Shown here piece after piece: positions 32,054 to 40,921 of a stretch of 64,000 nt of DNA. Source of the stretch: Myxococcota bacterium. GTDB taxonomy: Bacteria; Myxococcota_A; UBA796; SXON01. The notes under the pieces were generated by a model. The model was given only the letters and a program-made list of their open reading frames with translations, had not been told where the DNA came from and did no database searches. Every line of letters begins with the position of its first letter. The stretch's first letter is position 1. Position numbers and translations under genes: made by a program. Location of the stretch: the NCBI GenBank assembly GCA_040386535.1, contig JAZKFH010000027.1, positions 76,314 through 140,313 of the forward strand, read 5' to 3'.

Positions 32054-34012
32054 GTGTTCCTGAACCCCACCGAGCCGCCGGACATCAACCCCGGGGTGAC
32101 CCGGCGCATCGTCAGCCGGCGGCGTGCCACCTGGCTCGTGGCGGGGGTGGCCGTCGTTGCGGGGCTGGTGGTCGCCGCGACGAACGGGCCGCCGCGGCTC
32201 GGCGCCACTACGCTCCGCGTGCTGGAGATGTTCCCGGCCGACCCCCGGTGCGGCCATCCCCTCGGGCAGCTGGCCGCGCTGGCACAGGGCCAGGGCCTGC
32301 CGGACGAGGCCTGCCTCGCCGAGCTGGCGACCACCCCGTTCGTCCGGCCGCTGCTCGTGCGGCTCACCAAGGACGCGGCGCAGCCGATGCCCGTGCGGTC
32401 CACGGCCCTCGCGGCGCTGACGGGCGGCCGGACCGCGCCCCTCGGGCTGCTCGAGTCCTTCGTGGTGGCGCCGCCGGCGCCTCCGGCGCTGCGTCGGGCC
32501 GCGTGGGAGGTGGCGACCCGGGGCCCGGATGACCAGGTGTGGGTCGATCGCGGGGCTGGGGTGGCTGTCCACGGGCTGTACGATCGCGCCGCCGCGCGCC
32601 GGTTCGCGGAGGGGGAGCCGGGCCTCGCGCTCGCCGCCGCGCGCGCGCTCGCCGCCAGCCCGCGCGGGGCGCCCGATCCCGTGGTGCTGCACGACGTGTA
32701 CGCCGGCCTCGGCACCGACCCCGCGGCGCTCGCCGAAGGGGTGCGGCGCCACGCCGCGGGGCAGATGCCGCTGGGGCTGCCACGCGAGTGGGCGGACGCG
32801 TTCTGGCGCCATGGCTGCGAAGACGCGTGTGTACCGCTGCTGCTCGACCTGCTCGCCGCCGAGGCCGACCGCGGCGGTGAGGAGGCGGCCCGCTCCGCGC
32901 CTGCCGTTCCTGGCGCGGACGCCGCCATCGACGCGTTGTACGCGGACGGTGAGCGGGCGGACCACGTGCGCGAGGAACTCGGCGCTGTCGCCGCGTGGAT
33001 CGCGCGCGGGAGCGAGCGCCGGCGGGCCGAGCGGCTTGTCGCCGCGGTACTGCACCCCGCGGCGGACGCGCCGGACGCCGCCGCGTCGCTCATCGAGGCC
33101 GGCGACCTGCATGCCGTGCTGGTGCGGGGCGGTGGCACGCCGGGGGCCACGGTGCTGGTGGCGGCCGACCTCGCGCTGGCGACGCGGGTGCCGCTCTCGG
33201 CCTGGGTGACGGACACGGGGGTGGCCCTGCTGGTCGGTGGGACGATCCACCGGGTGGACGCGTGCGCGGCGGCGACCACGGTGAGCGCGTCAGACCCTGG
33301 GTGGAGGGGGGTCTCCGCGGCGGCGATCGAGGCGCTCGCGCTGGTCGAGGGCGCGGCGCGCGCGTTGCGGGAGGGCGATCTGGAGGCGGCGCACGGGCAG
33401 GTGGAGGCCGCGCGCCGCGCGTGGGCCGACGCGCCGGGGCTCGGCGGCGTGGCCGCGGCGGTGCTCGCGGCGGGTGGGGCGCCTTTCTCCGGTGCCGCGC
33501 CGGACGCGCGGGACGGCGCGCCGACGCCCGCCCTCACGCCGGTCCTGACGCCCGTCCTGGCACCCGCTCCAGCGGCAACCTTCGTGTCCCGCCCGACCTG
33601 GCCGCCGCCCACACGTGGCCGCCGGGCGCCGGCCCCGCTCGCGGACGAGCGCCCGGCCATCCGCGCGGCGCTCCTCGCGCGGTTCGAGCAGATCCGCGCG
33701 CTCACGGCCGACCCCGAGGACCTGGTACGCGCCGCGTGGTGGGCGGCGCACACCGGCGATGCCGAGCTTGCCCGGCTCCTCCTGGGAACGCCGCTGGACG
33801 CGCCCGCGACGCTTGCAGAGGGGGCGATGCGGCCGCCGCGCTCGCCGGCTCGCTCGACCCTGGCGCCGCTGCTGCGGGCGGCCGTGGCGCGCGCCGTGGG
33901 CGAACCCGCCGGGGTGCCCGCCGCGCCTGACGCCGCCCCGGCGTGCCCGGCGCCGTTTCGTGCCGACCCGCCGCGCTGGGCCTGGGGCGGCGGCTCACCC
34001 GTCGAGCGCTGA
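32054..34012 (+). CDS. Hypothetical Ala-rich membrane-anchored protein with a degenerate SirB1/transglutaminase-like segment
   Basis: N-terminal TM; helical repeats; LHAVLVRGGGTPGATVLVAADLA resembles the SirB1 LxxVL..rrG.P motif. Confidence 0.55.
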   Translation: MFLNPTEPPDINPGVTRRIVSRRRATWLVAGVAVVAGLVVAATNGPPRLGATTLRVLEMFPADPRCGHPLGQLAALAQGQGLPDEACLAELATTPFVRPLLVRLTKDAAQPMPVRSTALAALTGGRTAPLGLLESFVVAPPAPPALRRAAWEVATRGPDDQVWVDRGAGVAVHGLYDRAAARRFAEGEPGLALAAARALAASPRGAPDPVVLHDVYAGLGTDPAALAEGVRRHAAGQMPLGLPREWADAFWRHGCEDACVPLLLDLLAAEADRGGEEAARSAPAVPGADAAIDALYADGERADHVREELGAVAAWIARGSERRRAERLVAAVLHPAADAPDAAASLIEAGDLHAVLVRGGGTPGATVLVAADLALATRVPLSAWVTDTGVALLVGGTIHRVDACAAATTVSASDPGWRGVSAAAIEALALVEGAARALREGDLEAAHGQVEAARRAWADAPGLGGVAAAVLAAGGAPFSGAAPDARDGAPTPALTPVLTPVLAPAPAATFVSRPTWPPPTRGRRAPAPLADERPAIRAALLARFEQIRALTADPEDLVRAAWWAAHTGDAELARLLLGTPLDAPATLAEGAMRPPRSPARSTLAPLLRAAVARAVGEPAGVPAAPDAAPACPAPFRADPPRWAWGGGSPVER

Positions 34013-34039
34013 CGGGTTCGGACTTCCCCGACTTGCTTA

Positions 34040-35400
34040 GAGGGTACTCGTCCGGAATGCCTTGATCCCAGAGTATCAACGTGTGATCAGCCCGTATCCG
34101 GAGCGCGGGTATGGGCAAGCCGATCCACGAGGCGAAGCGCGAGGCCGTGCTGGCTGACGTGAAGGGGGGCATGGGTACGGTCGAGGAGATCGCTGCTCGT
34201 CACGGGATCGGCAGCGCAACGGTCAAGCGGATCACGCGGACGGATCGGGAGAAGGGCAGGGTGGGGCCGAGGCCCAGCGGGAAGGTCGGACGCCCACCCA
34301 AGTTCACCGACGCCGAGATGGACGCGATCGTGAAGCTCGTGCAGGACCACCCGGAGTGGAGCTACCGAGGCCTCCGGCGCGCGGTCCAGGAGCAGATGGG
34401 CAAGACCCTGAGCCGCAGCCAGCTCCAGCTCCGACTGAAGGCCCGCGGCGTGTCCAAGCGGAAGGTGGTCGTGGCCTGGCGCGCAACGCCGGAGGGCGCG
34501 GTGAAAGGAACGTGGCGCTACAAGGAGCGGCATCGTCGCAAGAGGGCACCTCTCGCCCATCGGGGTGGCTACCCGAGTGACCTGACGGACTCCGAGTGGG
34601 AGGTGTTGAGGCCACTGTTGGCGCCGCACGCGAAGCCGCAGAAATACGACCTCCGCGAGATCGTGAACACCCTCCGGTACCAGGAGCGGACGGGCTGCGC
34701 GTGGGCCTACCTGCCGAACGACCTCGTGCCCGAGCACGTCGTCTACTACTACTTTGAGAAGTGGACGGCAGAGGGAACCTGGGTCGAACTGAATGACCGC
34801 CTTCGGGAAGCAGTGCGGAAGGCGGAGGACCGCAAGGTCGAACCAAGCGCAGCGATCGTCGACAGCCAGACGGTCAAGACCACCGAGCAGGGCGGGCCGA
34901 CCGGCTACGACGCGGGGAAGAAGGTGAAGGGGCGCAAGCGCCACGCGTTGGTGGACACGTTGGGCCTCCTTCTGGCCCTCGCCGTGCACCCTGCGAGCGT
35001 CCAGGACCGGGACGGCGGCGAGCTGGTCGTCAACGCCAAGGTCGCGGCTGCCCATCCCCAGCTGAAGCGGGTCTGGGCGGACGCGGCGTACCAGGGCGGC
35101 TTCGAGGAGAGGATCAACCGAGCCCTGCCCCTGACGCTGGAGATCGTCCGCCGCCGCGGGGACAAGAGCACCGGCGAATGGACGATCGAGGGGCAGCCCG
35201 CCCCTGCCCGTCCCGAGGGCTTCGTCCTCGTGAAGTGGCGCTGGATCGTGGAACGGACCTTCGGCTGGCTTGGACGCTACCGCCGCCTCTCGAAGGACTA
35301 CGAGCGCAGCTCCGATTCCTCTCGCAGCCACGTCTACGCGGCCATGGCCAGCCTGATGCTCTCCCGCCTTGGAGGTTGATCTTTGCGATCAACTACCCTC
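34040..35400 (+). mobile_element. IS5-family insertion sequence (IS1031-like), 1361 bp, with TTA target duplication
   Basis: TTA|GAGGGTACTCGTCCG ... CGATCAACTACCCTC|TTA: imperfect TIRs starting GAGGGTA; 3-bp duplication at 34037-34039 and 35401-35403. Confidence 0.9.
34111..35379 (+). CDS. IS5-family DDE transposase with an N-terminal IS630-like HTH extension
   Basis: YPSDLTDSEW, IVDSQTVK, GYDAGKKVKGRKRH, WADAAY and RWIVERTFGWL..RRLSKDYE motifs; N-terminal EEIAARHGIGSATVKR..GRPPKF. Confidence 0.92.
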   Translation: MGKPIHEAKREAVLADVKGGMGTVEEIAARHGIGSATVKRITRTDREKGRVGPRPSGKVGRPPKFTDAEMDAIVKLVQDHPEWSYRGLRRAVQEQMGKTLSRSQLQLRLKARGVSKRKVVVAWRATPEGAVKGTWRYKERHRRKRAPLAHRGGYPSDLTDSEWEVLRPLLAPHAKPQKYDLREIVNTLRYQERTGCAWAYLPNDLVPEHVVYYYFEKWTAEGTWVELNDRLREAVRKAEDRKVEPSAAIVDSQTVKTTEQGGPTGYDAGKKVKGRKRHALVDTLGLLLALAVHPASVQDRDGGELVVNAKVAAAHPQLKRVWADAAYQGGFEERINRALPLTLEIVRRRGDKSTGEWTIEGQPAPARPEGFVLVKWRWIVERTFGWLGRYRRLSKDYERSSDSSRSHVYAAMASLMLSRLGG

Positions 35401-36192
35401 TTAGACCCGCGCCGCGAAAGCCCGCACGCGGTCGAGCTCCAGCGGCTCGGACACCCGCCCGTCCCGATGCAGCGCGGTCCCGACGATCGCGCCCTGCGCG
35501 AGCGTGCGCCATGAGGGGAGCGACTCCAGATCCACCCCGCTGCCGATCCACAGGGGCGCTTCGGGCACGGCGCGCCGCACCTCCTCCGCGCGGGTCGGAT
35601 CGGCTGGCCGCCCCGTGCCGGAGCCGGTGACGATCAACACGTCCGCTCCGCCGCGCCGGTACGTGTCCGCCGCGACGCTGCCGGCCTCTGCGGGCCCGAG
35701 GGGCACGGCGTGCTTGACCAGCACGTCGGCCGCGATGCCGATCTCGGGCTGGGCCCCGAGCTCGCGCCGGTAGCGGAGCGTGTGGTGCGCGTCTCCCTGC
35801 AAGAGCCCCTGGTCGGTCACCATCGCGCCGACGTGGACGTTCACCCGGACGAACGCGCCGCCCGCCGCCGCGGCCACGCCGAGCGCGCTGCGCACGTCGT
35901 TCCGGAGGAGGTTGACGCCTAAAAGGAGCTGGGGATGGCGCGCCCGGATCTCCGCCGTGAGGATCGCCACGAAGGCGACCACGTGGGGCTCGACCGGCCC
36001 CGCGGGAAAGGGCGCGTCTCCGAAGTTCTCGAGGATCGCGGCGTGGGCGCCACCCTCGGCCAGCACCGCGGCGTCGGCCAGCGCCCGCTCCCGCACCGCC
36101 GCGAAGCCCTCGGACGGGCGCGGCCCCCCCGGGAGGGGGAGCAGGTGGACGACACCGACGAAGGCGAACGGACGGGAGAGCAGGGAGCGCAT
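35401..36192 (-). CDS. BtpA/SgcQ family protein
   Basis: GVVHLLPLPG.P, ENFGDAPF, GVNLLRND, FVRVNV, ADVLVKHA, VTGSGTG and IGSGV motifs. Confidence 0.93.
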   Translation of the reverse strand: MRSLLSRPFAFVGVVHLLPLPGGPRPSEGFAAVRERALADAAVLAEGGAHAAILENFGDAPFPAGPVEPHVVAFVAILTAEIRARHPQLLLGVNLLRNDVRSALGVAAAAGGAFVRVNVHVGAMVTDQGLLQGDAHHTLRYRRELGAQPEIGIAADVLVKHAVPLGPAEAGSVAADTYRRGGADVLIVTGSGTGRPADPTRAEEVRRAVPEAPLWIGSGVDLESLPSWRTLAQGAIVGTALHRDGRVSEPLELDRVRAFAARV

Positions 36193-36201
36193 CCCCAGGC
36201 A

Positions 36202-37536
36202 TTACCGCACCCTCGGCAACAGCGCGAGCTGAGCGGGACGCAGGGCGACGGCGGCCACCACCGCGGCCGGGACGGGCACCGGCGCGGCGGCCGGCCGGAG
36301 AGCCCCCTGATCCTCCGCGCGCGGCGGCACCGTGCGGATCGACAACGACTCGATCGCGCCCACACCCGCGCCCTCGCGGCGCACCACCCCCTCGATCAGC
36401 CGCGCGAGGCCCACGCGGCCGCATGCCTCGGGGACGCGCACCCGCACATCGGCTTTGCCGCGGGCGCCGCGGAGGCGGAGCCGCAGGGTGCCGCCGCGGG
36501 CCGCCCGGACGAGCCCGCCGGTGAGCAGCCCGGCGCGGGACACGGCCCCCTCGAGGTCCGGTGCCGCGACGCCCTGCCAGGAGGCCCGCCGGCTGCCCGC
36601 CGCGCACTGGGCCACGCGGGGCGCCCGGCCTGCCCAGGCGGCGGCGGCCATGGGCGCCGCCACCGCGACCCAGCCCGGCTCCAGGAACCCCGCGAGGCCG
36701 TACGCCGCGTCACTCGTGGCGGCGACGCCGATGCGCGCCTCCAGGCCGAGCTCCTGCCAAAGCAGGCGCGCGATGCGCTCCGCGGCCGGCAGCGCGCCGG
36801 GGCCGGCGACGGCCCAGCCCGGCAGGCGCACGAGCAGCGCGCCGTGGCGGCCGGCACCCCGCAGGCCGCCGCCGTGCAGGCCGGACAGCGGCGTGACCGT
36901 GCCGAACCACGCCTCGAGCCGGCGCGCGACCTCCGCCACGAGGTCGACCCCGCCGGAAGGGGAATAGGCGACGAGCTCCGGGCAGTGGCGACGCGCGAGC
37001 GGCAGGGACATCCCACGCGCGATTCCCCGCGCCCGCGCCGCCGGCGATACCGCGCGCACCCAGCGGTCGGCCACCACGACCGGACCGTGCCCCGCGGCCG
37101 GCGCGACGAGGCGCAGGGCGGACCACGCGAGGGCGGCGGGGCGTACGCAGACCCAGGCGCCCTGGCCGTCTCCCACTGGGTCCGGGCGCACCGCGTGGGT
37201 CGGCCCGCGCGGGGGCGGGACGGCCCGCAGCCACGCCGCGACACCCCCCGCCGGGACCCACCGCGCGGGCGCGCAGGGCTCCCCCGCGGGCTCGGCGCGC
37301 AGATCGCCGCCGACGCGGCGGCCGAACAGGGGGTGCCCGAAGCCCCGCGGCACGAGCACGGTGGACACACCGCCGACCTCGGGGAGGGCGATGGTCACGT
37401 CCCCAGGCTGATCCCGGGGCGTGAACGCGCGCCCGCCGCGACGGGCGAGGCGAAGCTCCATCGGAACGGGGAGGGCGGCGGCGCCGATACGGGGCGGGGC
37501 GATCAGAGGGAACGGCAACATGCGCGTCTCCGGCAT
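36202..37536 (-). CDS. Catalytically inactive Y-family polymerase (DinB/ImuB-like)
   Basis: PVVV..VRAVSPAARARGIARGMSL..ARRHCPEL and AERIARLLWQELGLEARIGVA motifs; catalytic acidic residues absent; C-terminal QLALL. Start uncertain. Confidence 0.7.
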   Translation of the reverse strand: MPETRMLPFPLIAPPRIGAAALPVPMELRLARRGGRAFTPRDQPGDVTIALPEVGGVSTVLVPRGFGHPLFGRRVGGDLRAEPAGEPCAPARWVPAGGVAAWLRAVPPPRGPTHAVRPDPVGDGQGAWVCVRPAALAWSALRLVAPAAGHGPVVVADRWVRAVSPAARARGIARGMSLPLARRHCPELVAYSPSGGVDLVAEVARRLEAWFGTVTPLSGLHGGGLRGAGRHGALLVRLPGWAVAGPGALPAAERIARLLWQELGLEARIGVAATSDAAYGLAGFLEPGWVAVAAPMAAAAWAGRAPRVAQCAAGSRRASWQGVAAPDLEGAVSRAGLLTGGLVRAARGGTLRLRLRGARGKADVRVRVPEACGRVGLARLIEGVVRREGAGVGAIESLSIRTVPPRAEDQGALRPAAAPVPVPAAVVAAVALRPAQLALLPRVR

Positions 37537-37567
37537 GGTCCCAATCTACTGAACCGGAAGCTGGAGT

Positions 37568-37588
37568 GGCGGACAGATTCTGTCCGCC
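37568..37588. promoter_or_regulatory. Perfect palindrome GGCGGACAGA-T-TCTGTCCGCC (candidate operator)
   Basis: 10-bp arms with a 1-nt spacer, lying between the nuclease stop and the -10 box of the DinB-like gene. Confidence 0.5.
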
Positions 37589-37591
37589 CCC

Positions 37592-38509
37592 TCAGGTTTC
37601 TCGCGCGCAGCTCCGCCGGAACGAACACCAGCGGCATCGCCCGTCCGCCGCGGGCACCATCGGGTAGTCCTCGCGGTCCGCCACGTTTCGGGGCACGTCC
37701 CGCAGCTTCGTGCGCATGACGCCCACGCTGGTCTCGATCTCCTCGCGTGCCGCCTCGATCTCCGTGGGGCCCACCACGTGGGTGGTCTCGACCGCGTGGC
37801 GCAGGTTCACGTGCATCGCCTTGACCCGGTCCGTCGGCACGCCGAGCTCCTGGGTGGCGTAGATGCCGTACACGCCGAGCTGGGCCGCGATCTCGTGGTC
37901 GCTGTGCGCCTCGCCTGTCTTCCAGTCGATGATGACGACGCCGCCGTTCCCGTCGGCCATGAGCACGTCGAGCGCGGCGTACACCTCCGTGCTGCCGACG
38001 CGGAACCGCCGGAGCTCCTCGACCTCCATCACCCGCGCCGGCACCTGGCCGATGCGACGGAAGATGCGGTTGTCGTACAGCCCGCGCACCTGCCGCTCGA
38101 TCTCGGCGATCGCCGCGTCCCACGCCGCCGGGTCGACGGGCTCGTCGTAATAGTGCTCGCGGAACCCGGTTCGTTTGGCCGGGCGTTGCAGCCACGCACC
38201 GGTCCGTGACCCCTCGATGTCGCTCCGCGCGCGCGTCACCGCGTTCTTCACCGCCGCCTCCGGATCGGGCGGCCGCCGCCCGACCATGCGCCGGATCCCC
38301 TCCTCGGCCGCGCCATGCACCACGGTCCCGATCCACATCGCGCGCGTCGTGAGCTTTTTCTGCACGTAGGCGTCGCGCGCCGGCGCCGGCACGTCGGTGG
38401 ACCAGCCCCCCCACGAGCCGTAGTACGTGTACCAGTAGGCCCGCGCGCACCCCGAGAACGTGCGCGACCGCGAATGGGACCACACGAGCTCGTTGACCAG
38501 ATCCGCCAC
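37592..38509 (-). CDS. PD-(D/E)XK nuclease (RecB/AddB-like) with a probable Fe-S staple
   Basis: WSHS..F..C, IGTVVH, LDVL..IIDWKTG, QLGVY and CRWCSFRRSC motifs; GGGGAG RBS before GTG 38509. Confidence 0.88.
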   Translation of the reverse strand: MADLVNELVWSHSRSRTFSGCARAYWYTYYGSWGGWSTDVPAPARDAYVQKKLTTRAMWIGTVVHGAAEEGIRRMVGRRPPDPEAAVKNAVTRARSDIEGSRTGAWLQRPAKRTGFREHYYDEPVDPAAWDAAIAEIERQVRGLYDNRIFRRIGQVPARVMEVEELRRFRVGSTEVYAALDVLMADGNGGVVIIDWKTGEAHSDHEIAAQLGVYGIYATQELGVPTDRVKAMHVNLRHAVETTHVVGPTEIEAAREEIETSVGVMRTKLRDVPRNVADREDYPMVPAADGRCRWCSFRRSCARET

Positions 38510-38602
38510 GGACACTCCCCACCACGAGGCATGCACGTCGGCGGCCCCCGGCCCCCGCGAACACGCGCCCATCGAGCGAATGGAGTTATCACGCGGGCGC
38601 GC

Positions 38603-39547
38603 ATGGGCTCCCCCGCTTCCGACGCCAGCACCGTCCCCGTGGGCCCGCCGGGTCCCCACGCGGGCCCGCGGATGCCCGCCCTCTCGGCGCTCCTCGTGGT
38701 GCAGCTCCTGTTCGGCGCCATGCCCGTGGTGGGGAAGCTCGCCATCGGTGCGTTCGGGCCCTCGGGCGTCGCGTTCCTCCGGATGGCGGGCGGGATGGTG
38801 GCCTTCCAGGCGCTCAGGGCGCTCCTCAAGCTCCCCGGCATCCCGCTGCGCGATCAGCCTGCCGTCGCGCTCTGCGCGGTGCTCGGCATCTCGGCCAACC
38901 AGCTCTTGTTCCTCAACGGCCTCTCGCGCACCAGCGCCACCCACGCCGCGCTGCTCACGACGACCATCCCCGTCCTGACCATGGTCGTGGCCGCAGCGCT
39001 GGGCCGGGAGAAGCTCCACACCCGGCGTGTCCTCGGCATCCTCGTCGCGCTCGGCGGCGTGCTCGTGCTCATCGCCGGCAAGGACCCCACCGGCCGGGCC
39101 TCGGTGCTCGGCGACCTGATGATCTTCGGAAACGCGGCGGTGTACGCGGCCTACCTCATCCTCTCCCGCGACCTGCTCGCGCGCCACGCCCCGCTCTCCG
39201 TGCTCGCGTGGCTCTTCACCTGGGGCCTGCTCACCGCGCTCCCGTTCACCGGCCTGCCCGATCTGACCGGGCGGACGACCGAGGGGTGGATGGCGGCGGG
39301 GTTCATCGTCCTCGGGCCCACCATCGCGAGCTACTGGCTCAACCTCTACGCGTTGCGCACGGTGCCCGCTTCCGTCGTGGCGTTGTTCATCTACCTGCAG
39401 CCGTCGATCGCCGCGGCGCTGGCTGTCCCGTTGCTCAACGAGCGGCCCACCGCGCGGCTCGGCGTGGCCGCGGCGCTCACCTTCGCGGGCGTCTGGCTCG
39501 CGACGCGGCCCGCGAGAAAGTGGGGCCGAGTTCGCGGCGAGGGATGA
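38603..39547 (+). CDS. DMT/EamA family transporter
   Basis: Two EamA repeats, about 10 TMs; ALGREK, GDLMIF and IYLQP..LLNE motifs. Start may be 38672. Confidence 0.9.
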   Translation: MGSPASDASTVPVGPPGPHAGPRMPALSALLVVQLLFGAMPVVGKLAIGAFGPSGVAFLRMAGGMVAFQALRALLKLPGIPLRDQPAVALCAVLGISANQLLFLNGLSRTSATHAALLTTTIPVLTMVVAAALGREKLHTRRVLGILVALGGVLVLIAGKDPTGRASVLGDLMIFGNAAVYAAYLILSRDLLARHAPLSVLAWLFTWGLLTALPFTGLPDLTGRTTEGWMAAGFIVLGPTIASYWLNLYALRTVPASVVALFIYLQPSIAAALAVPLLNERPTARLGVAAALTFAGVWLATRPARKWGRVRGEG

Positions 39548-39674
39548 ACCTGCCGGCGACCGGTGTCCTCATTCCCGAAGGGTGGAGTGAGAGGGGCCTC
39601 TCCGGTGGCCGATCGCTCGGGAAGAGTGGTCCTGGTCCCTCTCCTCCGCCCTATTTCTCCCGCTCGACGCTCCG

Positions 39675-40298
39675 TCAGTCTGGCAGCGCGACCACGTAGA
39701 GCGGCGCCAGTCGGTACAGCCCGTCCGGCGGCGGGAGCACCGCCACGTCGTCCCCGAACAGGTCGGTGGCCGTGCCTGCGTACCCGTAGACGGTGACAGC
39801 GCCCCCATCCGCGCGCAGCCAGGCGCCATACAACGAGTCCGCGATGTCGTCGTGCCCGACGGCGCCGAGGCGGGCGCGCACGTCGGGGTGGAGCGCGCCG
39901 ACACCGAGCTGGAGCGTGTCGGGCAGGATTGCGCAGGGCGCGGCGTCCGAACGTACGGGCACGTCCCACCACACCGCGTCGCTGTCGGGCTCGGTCTCCG
40001 CGGTGGCGCCGGTCACGAGGTCAGCCGCGAGGTCGACCACGCAGTTCACGCGCTCCAGGTCCGCGTCGATCACGTCGATGGCGACGGTGGCGGCCTCCGG
40101 ACTGGCGACCCCGCCGACCACGGAGAGATCGGCGCGAACCACGTACCAGGCGGGATCCGCGGGGAGCGCCGAGTCGGACGTGTCCTCGAGCGCCGTGTCG
40201 GGCGTGGCGTAGCGGCCGGTGTCGTCACCGGCCTCGGCGTTGACGCCGAGATCGTACTCGGCGCAGCCGAACAGGAGGAAGAAGGAGAGCGAACGCAT
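39675..40298 (-). CDS. Hypothetical lipoprotein
   Basis: MRSLSFFLLFGC lipobox followed by a DTG/DTA/DSA linker. Confidence 0.65.
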   Translation of the reverse strand: MRSLSFFLLFGCAEYDLGVNAEAGDDTGRYATPDTALEDTSDSALPADPAWYVVRADLSVVGGVASPEAATVAIDVIDADLERVNCVVDLAADLVTGATAETEPDSDAVWWDVPVRSDAAPCAILPDTLQLGVGALHPDVRARLGAVGHDDIADSLYGAWLRADGGAVTVYGYAGTATDLFGDDVAVLPPPDGLYRLAPLYVVALPD

Positions 40299-40366
40299 TC
40301 TGTACATCTGGTCACCCCGGCCGGCCCTGACCCCGGTAACGCAGCTGGACCATAGTCCCGGATCGT

Positions 40367-40900
40367 TCACTCCCGCAAATCCCACGCATACGCGGGCCAG
40401 AGCGTGTAGGTCTGCCCCGAGCTCCAGCCGGGCGCGCCGAGATCACCGGCCCAGTCGAGGGCCTCGTCGTAGGCGAAGCCGTAGGGCTCCATCGTGACCC
40501 CGTCCACTGAGAGGTACCAGCCGAGGCTGCGGCCGGGGTAGGGGTCAAGATCGGTCAGGGCGTCCGCGACGTCGCCGATGCCGATCGCGCGGGGCGTGAC
40601 GTAGGCGGTGTCGGTCGCGAAGGGGGCGCCGCAGTCGGATTCGAGCTCGGCCACGTCGAGCGTGTAGGCCACGGTGCAGCCCTCACAGCCGGGCAACGCC
40701 GCGGTGACGGCGCCCGTGAGGAGCTGGGCGCGGGCGCAGAGGAAGAAGTCCTCGTTCCCCGAGCCCGCCCACCGGGCGTCGAAGAACTCCCAGGTCTGCG
40801 TGCCGCCGAGCCCGGTCTCCGTGGGGATCGCCGAGGCGTGATGCACGGCCCACGCGGGCTCGTCGGAGGCGCAACCGGCCACCAGGATCAACCAGAACAT
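40367..40900 (-). CDS. Hypothetical lipoprotein
   Basis: MFWLILVAGC lipobox; CEGC motif; C-terminal half resembles the neighbouring lipoprotein (GIG..YGFA..Y.L.P.Y). Confidence 0.68.
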   Translation of the reverse strand: MFWLILVAGCASDEPAWAVHHASAIPTETGLGGTQTWEFFDARWAGSGNEDFFLCARAQLLTGAVTAALPGCEGCTVAYTLDVAELESDCGAPFATDTAYVTPRAIGIGDVADALTDLDPYPGRSLGWYLSVDGVTMEPYGFAYDEALDWAGDLGAPGWSSGQTYTLWPAYAWDLRE

Positions 40901-40921
40901 GCAGGGCCCCGGGAAGGACGA

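Noticed and set aside
37549..37566. Myxococcus-type LexA box
   Set aside because: Only the GTTCAG half matches; the left half (CCAGCTTCCG) does not fit CTRHAM.
37592..38509. Nuclease as CRISPR Cas4
   Set aside because: No cas1/cas2 or array nearby; length and motifs fit stand-alone RecB/AddB-like nucleases.
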